The notes: generated from the sequence alone by a model not told the origin. A stretch of 64,000 nt of DNA from Amoeboaphelidium protococcarum X5 (GCA_023515725.1 JALDTO010000207.1:147573-211572), one strand, 5' to 3'. Counted from the first letter of the stretch, positions 14,172-29,034 are shown. Numbers and translations are program-made.

Positions 14172-14493
14172 ATGCAGAACGACAAGGGTGAAATTATTGA
14201 CTTATATATTCCTCGTAAATGGTAAGATTATTTATGCACCAGTTGATTGCTAATTCATCGTGTTACTCGTTTTTATTTGTAGTAACGCTACTAACCGCTT
14301 GATCACCTCTAAGGATCATGCTTCCGTACAGATCAGAGTGGCAGATGTTGATGCCAGTGGTAAAATGACTGGAGAGGCAAAGATGTACGCGCTCAGTGGA
14401 TTTGTTCGCGCCATGGGAGAGGGTGATGACTCTCTGAACCGTCTCTTTTAGAAGGATGGTTACTTGAAGACTGTATTTGAATACTCACGTTGA
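14172..14493 (+). CDS. RPS21: 40S ribosomal protein S21; intron 14222-14282
   Basis: [17 protein letters not shown]|[17 protein letters not shown]. Confidence 0.96.
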
Positions 14494-14614
14494 ATGGACG
14501 TCTTTATTGACGAAGTAATCATAAAAATGATAAATACATGGATTTGAATCTATTAAATGGTACTATATATTTGCTCAGCAATTTAGTAACGCGTCACATA
14601 ATGATGGTAGGCAA

Positions 14615-16326
14615 TCACGCAGAGATATGTCTTCGCCATCGACCAAAAGGAATAACGTCTTTGATGCTATCCATCCCTGTACAAAGCATCACCAGGCGAT
14701 CGAATCCTATACCAAAGCCGGCAGTTCTTGGCGCGCCATATCTCTTGGACTCCAAATACGTATTGAGCGCTTCTGGTATACTGCCATCTTTCAACATTTG
14801 ACAAATCTTCTTCTCCAGTTCAGATGACCGCTCCTCACGCACAGAACCACCGACAAGTTCACCCACATTTGGCATTAAGATGTCAAAACATGCAACAGTA
14901 TTTCCTGCTCCGTTGGAGGTGTCGTTGATGCCATCATTTTCTCGCATATAAAAGGGCTTTGAAGACTGTGGATAGTTTTTGACTACAACTGGCACGGCGT
15001 GTCCATGCTATTAGTGCATCAGTGTTAATAATGACTGCTCGTCTTCGTGTGATAGACCATCTTCCCAGCGGCCGGATTCGCTCTTACGACTATTGATCAT
15101 TTAGAACGCGTCATTATAATCAAACGACGGCCAGTCAGTGGAGCTTATTTCTTCCAACTGCCGAACAATTCTCTTATCAGTACTTTCTAATTACTTTAGG
15201 GCAGTTTGAAGAAATTCCAACTACTACTGTTGCGAGTCAAGTACTGCTTAGATGGAAGATTTAATCAGCTGTTCCGACAATAGCGCCATGTTTTTCAATC
15301 CAGAGGACACTTATTAATCGGTAGACATCAGACCGTCAGCATCTTATTCAGGTCCATATAGCTCATGCGGATACGCCACCTCAACTTCGCACATATAGAA
15401 TTCTGACAAATGTCGCCGCGAATGTGCACTGCCCAAGTCGGCGCGAAAACACGGTGCTATAGTGTATACTGCCGGATTTTGTTCACTCACCAGCTATTCC
15501 AGATGCAATTGATGTGATGTGGTCAAATATGGCTTTATCTCAACGGCTTTAGATGTCGCGTCTTGTTACTCTTACGAGCCAAAGAAGTCTTTAGAGTCAA
15601 GCTGGAACGCTTCTGCACCAGCCTCACAATCATTCAACGTCAACACTGGCGTATGTACATGCAGAAAATGATTCTCCTACAATTATAGACTCATCATTTT
15701 GTGTATATTAGAAATCATGCGATTGTGGATGACTTACCTATAAAAATCGATGCATTGACATGAGTAATGTGTTTCTAATGCTATTTACGCATCCAAAGGT
15801 GGACGTTCGTGATCGCAGATGTGGATATTGACGCAGATAATTAAGAGAGTGCTACTTCTTGGCCACATTTTACAATGGATAATCCTACAACAAGATAGCA
15901 ATCATGGATATAACAGGCAATTGTTGTCTAATGTGAATAGATTTATAAAAGACTTACTGTCATTGACGATTCACAATCAAGCGATATAGACTTTACAATC
16001 AGCTCATGAGATTGACCACCCCCTTGACTCTCTACCACATCGCCGTGCAATGTGACGGCATTACCAACACTTAGATCATGTGGCACGGCGACTTGATTAT
16101 GAACGAGGACACACTGGACGGGAGAGGTCAGGTTACCACAGGCCACATGCAGAAAAGTGACATTCTTTGACTTTCGCTTGGCTTTTACCCAACCACTAAC
16201 GCGTATGTCTTTACCGTTACCTTGCATATATTACTAGCTTAAGTTATACTGACTGACTAAAGGCTTTATTACGCGTTATAACGTGTCCAGTTGCCTAGAT
16301 TGAAATAATACTCTGGAGCGCATCAT
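14615..16326 (-). CDS. Mitochondrial-type asparaginyl-tRNA synthetase; introns 15885-15957 and 15677-15737
   Basis: OB-fold VSGWVK, YLRQYPHLR, FRA..SRRHLSEF, GELVGGSVREER and GFGIGFDRL motifs. Confidence 0.9.
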
Positions 16327-16479
16327 CCTTGAATATCACAGATCGTTCAATGAACTGATCGAAATTGGCGCGTGAGAATTTACAACGTTGATATTGTAGT
16401 GTTGCAAAAAAGTAAACTATTAACATATTTAGCTGATCATTGAAATAATTATATACTTTGTCATCTACTTAACTATTTG

Positions 16480-16866
16480 ATGAATATACTAGGTGGAAAT
16501 GTAAAGATAATGCGTATCAAATCGCTGCAGTAAGTTTTAGTTGATCGAGATCACGATTATAAAGTGTGCTCAACTGAAGCTAATATGATTACCGATCATG
16601 GTGAGATTCTTAGAGAGATTGCTATGAGTGTAAACGACATTAATATCACGAATCTTAAGTAGTTCCAATTAAAGCATTACATATCTAAAACTTTGCTGCA
16701 ATGCTTTTGGAAAAGGCATTGCTATGCTACATTTCACGAGAACTGTCCTTTGTATCCCTCAAGGTGCCGAAGTGACATCTTGTCAAATGACAATACAGTA
16801 TATGGATTTAAAAATCTTGTTTATCCATCAAGTCCAAATTAAACCAACACTTGTCCTTAGTACTGA
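16480..16866 (+). CDS. Hypothetical protein, 128 aa
   Basis: Table-6 ORF only; no recognisable motif. Confidence 0.35.
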
Positions 16867-17080
16867 AAGTGACTTGTGACTTTAACTTTCGTGATTAAGG
16901 GGCTCTTTTACTGGCCAACTCTGAATTTCAGGGGCAATACTGACTGCATTTGCGCCGCTTCCTCTTCGATTGTCCGGTCTTCTCTTTTCACTTTGTTATC
17001 GCCGCATTATATCGTCAATATAAACGCATTTTGGTGCTAATTACACTTTTGACGCGTTAAATAATATTGTTGTGGTAGAA

Positions 17081-18097
17081 ATGAAATCTACGTTAATTGC
17101 AGTTACTCTATTGGCAGCTGTCGCGCGTGCTGCGCCTACCTATCCTTATGATGGTGCTTACCCTCAAGATCTTCAAGATGATCAAGGATTTAATGATGAC
17201 AGCGACTTGCAATACGGTGCGCCATAGTAGAATTAGCCTGATGTAGACGCATCTACTCCTTATAATTCTTTCAAAGAACGTCGTACTCAGTCATCTGGTT
17301 AGCTGTAATAGTTTGGTGCTGCACAGCCGGAAGAACAGCAGTACTATGCTCACAATCCGCTTGCTCGTCAATCATATGATGACGCGTATCCTCAGGATTA
17401 TTAGAGATAGTAACCAGCTCTAAGATAGCATTCAAACGGTGGACTGACTTACAAGCACCCATCGTTGCCGCGTAACTTTGTTCCTCCTCAGCAGCAGCAA
17501 TAGCAGCCGCAGCATCAATAACAGTTGCAGCAGTAGTATAGCTCTGTCCCTGCATCCAACTCTGCTCCTGCTCAGTAATTTAAGCAGTAGCAAGGTGTTA
17601 CTAAGGATCCATATGATGCAGCAGAGGAAAGTGAAAGTGAAGATTTCGAGTTTCAGGATGCTCAACAGCAGGCACCTGCTCCATAATAAGGAAGTCAAGC
17701 TAGTTAGGCAGCTGTCACTGGTGGTGCTGCAGCTGGTGGCGTTTCTGTCGCTGGTGCATCTGCAGGTACCGCCGGCGCTGTGCCTGTGCAATAGCCACCA
17801 CAACAGCAGGAAGGAAGCAGCAATTTTAATAAGGCTTTCAAAGCTTGGTGTCCTGGGCTTGCCAAAACGCCCAAGGCGTATATTGCGGCTGCTATCTCTA
17901 AGGCTGGTAGTATCTTTGCTGCTTGTTAGTCTGACGCTGACGTGCAATAGCCTCAGTAGCCTTCTGCTGGTGCTTCTGCAACTACTGAGTAGAGATCTGC
18001 TGATCCTGCTGCCCAACAATCCGCTCCATCTTCTAGTGGTCAGGCGCCTTAGGAGCCTGCTAAGAAGGGATTCTTGGCCAATTTGTTCAAGTGGTGA
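17081..18097 (+). CDS. Secreted Gln/Ala/Pro-rich low-complexity protein, 338 aa
   Basis: Signal peptide MKSTLIAVTLLAAVARA-APT; Gln runs written with mixed CAR/TAR codons; ends KKGFLANLFKW-TGA. Confidence 0.8.
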
Positions 18098-18292
18098 GCT
18101 GTGAGAATGGACTCAAAGATGGTTGAAGTTTATAGCGGAGCAATCTGACAATTGAATAAGTAGAATGGGAAATATTATAATAGTTTTGACAATTGTTATT
18201 TCTTTTACGAGCTTTTTAGTCGTTTTCATTTACTCCACTACAACTAGCATTGCAGATACAACACCTGGTGGATCAATTCATAATAGATCTAA

Positions 18293-19711
<1,419 letters not shown>

Positions 19712-19951
19712 TTAGATTAAAAGTTGAAGTATCTACAGTATAATTTAACTGCCTGTGAAGGTTGTAATTAAAGGTGATGATGAGAGGTGGCGATCGATCG
19801 ACAATGGTAAGGTTGAGCGACGCGACAACCATCAATGTAAATAGTGAAGCATATAATAACAAACACGCTATAAATTGTATTTAAATTTGATCATGTGTAC
19901 ATTGAAGCTAATACTTTTGAACATGGTTCATCTCCATTTTCAGTCTCCCGT

Positions 19952-21427
19952 TCAGTGTCTAAGTGACTACTATTTCATACGGATAATCTTGTCATAAATG
20001 TTATAAACGGCTTACGATGAAGCTTCCCAAGACTTGTCACGCGCGAATTGTACAGCATTTTCTATCAACTTTGGATAGTCATGCGTACGATTGTATAGTC
20101 CATTGACTGCATTGTAAATACGCTTATCGTGATCCATATGTACATTGCCTTGTTCTTCTTCTTCAGTACTCACGATCCAGGACTCTCTCATGCGGATTAT
20201 ATCAACTACATTGGCGCAGAAATTATGAATTTTACTTCTCTCAGAATCTTTATGATCAGTCTCCTCCTCGACAAGCCTACCGCGACTATTATCCACCAGA
20301 TCTGATACACCTCCCCTGTTACGAGCCACCACAACATTCCCACTTGCCATAGCTTCGATGCACACGTTGCCAAGGGTATCAAATGATGAGGGGAACACGA
20401 AAATGTCACTAGCAGCATATGCCTGGCTCAACTGCTCATCCTTCCAATAGCATCCAGAGTAGAATACCCGGTTCCTTTTGCCGTGCAGTCTGACCAAATC
20501 CCAATGAAGTATTCCAGTTCCAACAATGACCAGGTAGGCTTTGATTTCACATTATTTCAAGTAATCCATCATGTGTACAAGCCAATGCAAAGACTTTTCG
20601 GGTGCACATCTACCCACGTACAGTAAGATTGGTACCGTATCGTACTCAGGATCATCAAATGTAAATACTTTGCGCCAATTAGCATTATCTTTGCCAAGTT
20701 CATAACATGGCCGGAATTGCATGTTATCTACTGCAGGTGGCCAAATGTAATCGCAATTGATATGCTTCTCTTTATTCAGATACTCCTTGATGGGATTAGA
20801 GATTGAAACAACTGCATCAGCCAAGTTTAACAAACTCTCAAGTTGGAATATGCATTTAAACAACCACTTTGACGCGTTGCTTATCGGCTAATGTTTGACC
20901 CACTCTGCTGTATGTTGATGATAGCTGGTCACCAGTGCTATGCTTTGAATTTAGTGGTCACTGGGACGTATAAACTTGCAGTACTTTAAAGCCAAGTAGA
21001 ATGATATGAACACTGCATCTGGTCCAACTACATGGATTACATCAGGTTTCAGCTCCAAGATTATCTGACACAGATGAGGTATCAGTACACCGAATGAATT
21101 TGCCAGTATAGTCTCTGGAGCAAGATGAGATAGAGGTCGATAAGAAGCTAATTGGATGATCGTAGCAGGGAAGTCTTTCAATTCTTGGATATCCAAAGAA
21201 TCATCTCTGGGAATCAGTAAAGTGCAGTCAACAGCTTCATCCGCCTGCATCCTCTTTACCTCACCATTGAGATTACTCAGAGTAAAGTCTTGCTCTTCAC
21301 CACTACTTTCACCATTCATAACTGATCGCCCATGTATTTTGGATAAGCATCTCACAAAATGGTCGACGCGTTTACTCAGCCCATCAACTTTGGGATAGAA
21401 GGACGGAGTATAAATCAAAACTTTCAT
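19952..21427 (-). CDS. GT4-family glycosyltransferase (SQD2/PimB-like)
   Basis: SFYPKVDGL, LLYVGRCAPEKSL and YAASDIFVFPSSFDTLGNVCIEAMASG motifs; 491 aa. Confidence 0.88.
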
Positions 21428-21645
21428 TATTTTAGTTAAAAACTAATGAGATATACCTAAATGTAATCAGTGTATGATTGTGAATGAAATGATGACATAA
21501 AAGGTTAATGGCTTCAAGTCAAATAGCATCACTGACTTGTCATCTCTTTGACACATCGATGCATCATTCCACTGCAGATACAAAGACAACTTGCTCATAT
21601 CACATATAAAAAAATGTAGAATCATACAGAACTCTGAATATATAT

Positions 21646-23916
21646 TCACATCTTACTAAATACACTAGTGGTAGCTTCAGCATTCCCATCTTTCTGCTCT
21701 TTCAATTTGGCGCGGATAGCCTAAACAGCTTCTTTCAACTCAGATCTATCGAGATCGTCGCGTTTGTACAGCAAGTCTTCTATAAACTGCAGCGGTACAT
21801 CATTATACGCCTTCCAAAGAGCATACCAAGATATAAACAGTACGGTGGAAGAACTTTCTAACACGGCAATAATCTTGTCTAGAACATCAAAAGTCTGGCG
21901 CACGCGTTTGGGACTCTTGATGTCGGACCAGAATGCCACACCAGTTATATACTCACTTCTGAGCTAATTCACAGCCTAAGGCATCTTCAATTTGCAATTC
22001 TTACTTTTCAAAGCCTGCAGGATCAAGACAACAAAATGTTCTAGGCTCTCACTAGATAACTTGGAGAAGAGATAATCCTGCAGATGTGCCTTGTAATCCT
22101 AAAGATAGTCATTAAGTGTGGCGAGAACACTAGGCATGGTGCTGTTCTCATACCAACTGGCCGTAAACACCTGAGACATTGCACCATTTATATCATTAAA
22201 CATTATCGTCTACAACACCGAGCATCCCTTCTTAGTGATACGCATAAATCCCTCCATGACTTCATTCATCAATTTTGAGAACTCAGACTTGGCAGAGTCA
22301 TCCAACTTCTCTTCCAGTCGCTTGTACACAGCCTCCAAATACTCGCTGCATTTGAGATTATTATTACTCAGAGCTATAACATACTCTGCGAATCCAGGTG
22401 CAAACTGATCCTTCTTCATAAGAAATCTCTACTCCTCTTGCTCGAGCATCAACATCTATTCACTCTGGAAATGTTTAAGAGTCCTCAAGCATTCAAATCC
22501 AACATCTGACAATAATCTACCTCCTTTAGCTGCATCAAACACAATGTCAATCTGCTGATTCACAATTTAAAATAGAATAACAGGTGCAGATGTGGCATAC
22601 ATCTCATCAGAGTCAGTATCTGGTGCTTTATCACGCTCTATAAAATCCTTCTTCTCACTCAACAGCAGTCGATCTACCCATTCCAACAACTTGGTGCTGA
22701 TCAGCTTAACATAATCCCGAGATAACTTGGCCTCATTATCATCAAGAAGCTTTGGCTCCAATAGCTCCTCCGTGACACCAAGTCGATCATTCATCACCTT
22801 GTAATAATCTCTAACCCAACCAAGAACTAGGAGGATATCCTTGGTCTCCATATCACCGCGCTGTGTTAATCTGTTCAGAAGATCATACGTCAACTTGTGG
22901 TATTACAGAACATAGAACGGAAATATCTTGTACTTTGGTGGGAATCTAACGGCAACTTCATCAAACACCAAAGCCAGATCATTAAAGATAAAGTGACTAT
23001 TCTCTAAAGCATCTGCCACTGAATCTTCTGATGGTATCATTCTACGGTAATGAATCTAAATCGACTCTAGGATACTATTCAATAACTGGCTTCTATAATT
23101 CTTGATACTCCTCGATAATATCGCCTCACTGACAACCTGTAAACTGGTAATATTATTACTTTACTACTGCGATTGCCCAATGCTACCAGATGATTACTGC
23201 ATTCGATGTTAATACTCCATTACTTGTTCATCCGCCATCTCCTCAGCCTCGACAATCTTACAAATCTTCACCAGAACTTGGCCTTGATCTTCCTTCACAA
23301 GCTCCAGAATATTTTATCCAAGCGTCCACAGATACTCACGGAATTATTCAGATAGAGAATCTAGACGTTTAAAGTATTTATTAATAATGTTAATAACTGT
23401 CGGTCCCTGAGTCTTGGCCTAGTGCACGGTGATATCTCTAAACTCTTCCAGTTTATACAACTCATAATGAATCTGGAGCAGAGAATCTGCCGGTCCAAGT
23501 ATGTTCTCACTCTCCACTCTGATCATTTATGACAATCTTTCAACGTCTTGACTCAGAGCCTGAAATCTCACAATAATCTCCTTGGTCTTCACAAAGTTCT
23601 AGTGCGTCTTACTGATGCGCTTAATCTTGTCATAATTTTGAATCTAAATCTGACTATTCTTGCACACATCTTCCACTTACTTTACCCATTCCTACATAGA
23701 CTTGATGGATTACTCACTTCTCTGCAAAGCGGACAGACTTTCTTCATATCCGTCCAGCTTGTCTCCAACCACACGCTTCAGAACGGCATCCAGGCTCTAC
23801 TTCTCCTACTAATATTTTGCAATCAAGTGAGGGAGTTTAGTTTACAAATCCTCTGGCTAAGGCAACAACTAAGCCACTTTCTACTAAGCTTCTTCCAGCG
23901 CATCTGCTAACGACAT
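21646..23916 (-). CDS. SEC6: Exocyst subunit Sec6
   Basis: 756 aa helical protein; FPPKYKIF, ILLVLGWVRDY and EYVIALSNNNLKC motifs. Confidence 0.9.
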
Positions 23917-24155
23917 TTATTTAACCACTGGATACTTACTTACTTGATATATCAATGCAAATTTTGATAAAGACAACAGCCTTCTGAGCGTATCGAAGAA
24001 CAGAAAAAGAGAACGAACACGCGGAAAGGTAACGAGAGTGAACTTTGAGGTTGAAACACGACGCCCTTCGTTGTGTGAATAAAGTGAAACAAAGTACTAC
24101 TTTGAGCAATGCAATTTGATGTATTGTATTGAAACCGCAATCACAATCTCGGTCA

Positions 24156-25721
24156 TCATTCAAGATCCAAGTCAACAATTTCCGTGATTTTGCGATCGAC
24201 TTTCTCAGCCATTTCAAAGTCAATAATGCGGACGCGTCCACTACTGTCAATAGTCATATTCGGCAATCGAACATCTCCATGCCGATAACCCAGAGAATGT
24301 ATTTTATCAAGAGCCTCTTAAACATCAGCTTTAAGCTCACTGTACTGCTCGGTAGTCATGGATTATCCCACATTTTCCAACACGATAACCAGCAGCATAC
24401 CACACAAAGTACCGTAGGCGAAAAACTTTGGAATCACTGTGCCCTACAATGACTCTAGAGCCTTGTACACTTCAACCTCATTATTGAACTTTTGCAATGC
24501 ATTTGGCTTCTTTGACAGATCCACAGTCTTGAAAATGACTCCTTATTAATCTGCCAAATTTCCTAAAGCAACTGCCCCATATCTACCGCGATAAATTACG
24601 TTTGTCCAATGGCAGTAAGCATCTAGAGCGACTGACTTGTAACTGATCACACGAGCTTTTCTAATAAGAGCCGGACTAACAACGGTGCTGCTATGAGGGG
24701 ATGCATACATCCAATCATTGGCAGAGCTTTCAATCAGAGACAGCAAGTACATCCATGCACTTACTAATGTGTACGGCTATCTCTGAGAACATTTGATGAC
24801 CGGTGAACACTCCAACACTGACCGCCCCTCCTGATCAGGATCTTCAACTTTGCGGAAAAACACCGTCTCGTTGAACGTGGTAAGTACACCATAGCGGTGG
24901 CGGTTTAAAGTCATGTAGACGTACACCTACTCAACCGCTCTGATGATCTTACCTTTGTGGACTTTATCAGCCGCGTCGGTGCTCATTTACTTCTTAGTCT
25001 CAAAGTCGACGTATTGTTAATTGTAGCTCAGAATCAGATCAACAAGACTATCAATCGCCCAAGGAGTCTTTATTTCTACCGTTAGTTTAGATAGTGTCTT
25101 GTCTACATCAGTTAACCAAATTCTATCAGGATCCCCTAATACTGAGCTGCCCGTAATAGGTGCAAAGCCGCAGTTACTACCAAAATACGCGTAATCATTA
25201 TGCTACGATAGTGACCGACAGCACACAGATAGTACTGTAAATAACGTACTTTCACACAAGGCTTATACTTAAGATTCATCACGGACAGAGCTCTACATTT
25301 ATAATGATATATTCATATCAAACTCGTAATCAGGTACCTGAGCCATAAAATCTACAACCCCTTTATCAAAGTCGGCCCAGGCGCGTAAATCAAGCTGCGT
25401 GATATCAGGATACTTTTTGCTAACACTTGTTGTAGTTTATTGGCTACTTCTTTAAACCCCAACACGACATTACTTAAGTGTAACATTGACACCATCATAA
25501 ATAGTCTGCAGCATCTTAATATTTGACTCGACGAGATACTGAAAAATATCATGCCCATGCAAATTATCTTTCTGTATCAGCTATTCCCTAGTTAAAATCA
25601 ACCACTCTTAATAAGCCAGCAACTGCTTTTCTTCAAGCTCATTGATCAACTGTTCTGGTTTAGGCTGCAGAGAGTTCAGATAATTTAAAAGGCCAATAAT
25701 CTTTTTATTTATATTAGACAT
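24156..25721 (-). CDS. Crinkler-type REase + protein kinase fusion, 521 aa
   Basis: GDPD..VEIKTPW..EQVYVYM..RYGVLTT (PD-(D/E)XK) followed by kinase motifs GRYGAV, IFK, NEVEVY, HGDVRLPNM and IIDFE. Confidence 0.85.
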
Positions 25722-26789
25722 TGCTTATACGATGAAAGCTTTACGCATGAGAGATAGGAGAAAATCAATCGTGATTTGATTTGAGAGATCAAAATCGAAA
25801 GTTGATTCAAGTTTGTCCAATCAGTGAAGTGAAGTAAGTCACGCGTAATAATCGTGACTGTACGATTTAGCTGTCATGACTAAAGATAGATTATCGTAAG
25901 AAAAACATTGCATGTACAAAAGCAGATGAATTTTGATTGTGGCATATGGCGGGTCACAATTTAGCAACAAGATGAAGGCAATAAGACGTAGAAATGCTAC
26001 AGTACAATATTTCTTCTGCATTTGAGGGGTGAAACGAAAAGCGCGTGTTTTAAAGGGTCGCATTGCTAGCGCGAAAGTCTCAGCACAGTTCCAGATGAAA
26101 TACTTCAAAAATACGCTCATCTTTCTCGTATTCTGATTGATAGGTAGAGCTTAAAAGGAAATGGCATTTGATTGCTCTCCTTTGTTACCTACGCTATCAA
26201 TATTGTAACATTCAAAATCCCTAAAGTAAAGGATCCGTCAATGTTGACACCTCTGACACGCTTTAGTCTTGTAAACCGCGGGAGCAGAAAAATCATTCAA
26301 CATGTGATAATAGAACTCTCTCAAGTCATTACTTTGCTATGTTACTTCATAGTCAAAAAGGAGACATGGAGCAGGTGCCACATAAATATTTTAGCAGAGT
26401 CAGTCCATCAGGCCTGTTAAATGAGCGAATTCCTAATGATAGAAACAGCTTTGAATAATTTGTGTTGACAAGGACATTTAAATTGATCAAGTGAAGTAAT
26501 AAGATCGGTCTTATATAACAAGTGAAGGTCACCGACAGAATATCAAGAGATACACTACCTACTAAACGAACGGTAACAAAGGTTCATATCTTTTTGGGCA
26601 TATTTCTGTGCAAAAATGATGGAGGTGCGAAAAATTGTCTGCTACTAACAATACCGTGCAGCATGGTACACGGTTGATAGATCCTTTGACCGCATAACAA
26701 TGGTGGAGATGTGGAGGTCAGCGCGAAAACGGCTTAAACATTATACGAAATCCATTCTAATCAACAATCATATCTTACAACAGAAGCTG

Positions 26790-27146
26790 TCAATATTTAC
26801 CAGCGTTATTATTTACTTGCGAAGTCAAATCAGCGACCGTGGCCTTCAGTTAATCACGCTTTGTAATCATCTCATTCAGATAGTCTACCGTCTTTTATAG
26901 TATCACAGCCTCACTTTTATTCTACTTATTACTTTTATCTTGTAGCGATGGTACTAGCTACTACAACTCCTTAAATCTATCCCGCAATAACTATCGCCGC
27001 TTTTATTCTGATTACATGTGAGGCTTCTTTGATTATTCAGTGCTTACACTCTCAGCTGATCCTCCATCTTCGTCTTCATTTCGTTAATCACTAGCAGCAT
27101 CTGCTTATAAATTTTACATTCTATCATCAATTTACTCTCCAGACAT
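26790..27146 (-). CDS. Small bHLH(-ZIP) transcription factor, Ino4/MLX-like, 118 aa
   Basis: HMQSEQKRRQLLRDRFKELQQLVP..KSEAVILQKTVDYL; absent from the ORF track because 13 of 15 Gln codons are TAR. Confidence 0.88.
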
Positions 27147-27337
27147 ACTAAAGGATTTTATATTCAAAGCAGTCACTTTAGTTTAGATCGCGTCGTAATT
27201 TAGCGTGTTCAACTTTCAAAGTGAGATCATGAGGAAGCGCCTAGACAAACTCCTGAAAATATAAAACGTCAAAAAATCTTACAAACACTGCTATTCAATT
27301 ATTATTACAAGCTAAAGCTAAACAAATCAACCAAAAA

Positions 27338-28744
27338 TCAATCCAAATCTGCCGAGAGTGTACTATCTTTGTGAAGTCTCTTCTGATTACGAGCTGCAAG
27401 TTGATCTCTGCTCTTTTGTCTTTTGTCAATCTTCCTCTCATCATTAGCGAGTTTCTTCATTTGACGCACAGCCTTCTTGCTTTGTTGTTAAACCGGTTCC
27501 ATAGCTGACTCTTGCGGGCTCTGTGCCACATAACTTGATCTCCCATTATGTACAGAGTCATACAGGATAGTGTGCAAGTTATCGTCGGAATTCTGGATTA
27601 GAGTGTCGTAAAAATCGCCTAACGCAAGTCGAAGGAACTCAACCTTGCGCTTCACCTAATGTCTACTGTCTTGTCCACTTTAACTGACTGCAGACTCATC
27701 TCCATCACTTTGATACGCATCAGCATGCAATAGTTCGCCATCCAAAGCATTGGAGTACTCACGAAACAACTTCTTCTACTCCTTCCTCTCTTTTTTATGA
27801 ATCTTCTTTACACTTTTAAACTAACCAGCTTGGTCTTGCATTCCAGAGCTAAGGTTCTACAACTGAGAACTAAATTGATTTTCATAACGAGCCAGCAATT
27901 AATCTACGTCCTCAAATGAATTGTCGCTATAATACGATTTTGTTTCTAATAGAATAAGGTAATTCTCAGCTGCTCTAGATTTAACGTCTAGTTTATCGGA
28001 GCCCAAACAATCAAGATAATAGTCCAACACCTACTCAAGCGAGTCAATTCTGATAGAACCTGCTTATGGCGAGCGAGGTGCAGATTCGCTCATCTTTTGC
28101 CAATAATCTGCGATTAAATGGGGAAGCGTCGCCAATATGTATCCTTCACACAAAAGAGCGGAAGCTTAATACTAAGCAGAGTTCACGCCTAAATCCAATA
28201 ATCTGCCGTAAAGTTCTTCAACATCCAGCAAATCATTTTTACACACCACAGCTGCAATAACTATACTGGTTAAAGCATAAATCACATTAACATCTAGATT
28301 ACTATCCTTGATGCCAGGTGATGGTTAAAAGTGCTTCTATAATGCCTTGACACTATCTTTCACCACTTCACTAGAGTCTGTGACATCATTATCGTATAAT
28401 AGGAACTACGACCGACCAAGCATCTTACAAGCAAGAGTAATTTCGTTACTATCTTGACTATTTTTGACAATTCTGATCAAGGCATGCCATAAATCGCTGC
28501 ACTATGTTCCATCTACGGCACCATCAGAGTAAATCGAAGGTAGGTGTTTAATTATCGATTTCAAAGCCTCAACTCTGATTTAAGTTCGCTTCTCTCCAAG
28601 TAGCTAAATACTATCTTTCATATCAAATCCATTAGTCTACTCGTCACCAGATTCATATGCAGCTTCACTGGTCACGGCATCGCCATCAACATCCATCGAG
28701 TCTCTGACGCTATTCTTCTCTGGCTTATTACTCTTGCGAGGCAT
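27338..28744 (-). CDS. IFRD (interferon-related developmental regulator) family protein
   Basis: LGEKRTQIRVEAL and KKERKEQKKLFRE motifs; 468 aa. Confidence 0.8.
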
Positions 28745-28864
28745 TTCTCTGGATACTTTTTCAGATTATATTTCAATTCCGACTTTAGGATAAAGAGTCA
28801 AATTCGTTATGGATATGTTTAGCTGGAGGAGAAACTAAAATTATAACAATATTCGAATACAGCG

Positions 28865-28937
28865 TTGTTCGAATGATGATAGTTCGCACGGTGATGAATG
28901 CTGAGTCGCTGCGATTAGCTCAACAAAGCTGAAACAA
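28865..28937 (+). ncRNA. Candidate box C/D snoRNA
   Basis: Terminal stem TTGTT/AACAA, box C ATGATGA 28873-28879, internal CTGA 28901, box D CTGA 28929; AGCTCAACA is antisense to the conserved LSU rRNA segment UGUUGAGCU. Confidence 0.55.
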
Positions 28938-29034
28938 TAATCGCCGATGAGTCAGTCACACTCTGGCGACAATGGAATAGATGGCATAACTTTGAAAAAA
29001 GTTTATATTGAAATATTCGAGCGTATTACGATAT

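Noticed and set aside
17432-18104. Leu/Ser-rich ORFs of 195 and 208 aa in the track
   Set aside because: Alternative frames of the Gln/Ala-rich gene 17081-18097.
23932-23946. ATACTTAC resembling the U1 snRNA 5' end
   Set aside because: Continues TTACTTG rather than CTGG; no U1 stems or Sm site follow.
26095-26420. Signal-peptide-like start interrupted by TGA (pseudogene or selenoprotein?)
   Set aside because: Several TGAs, no homology cue and no SECIS-like element seen.
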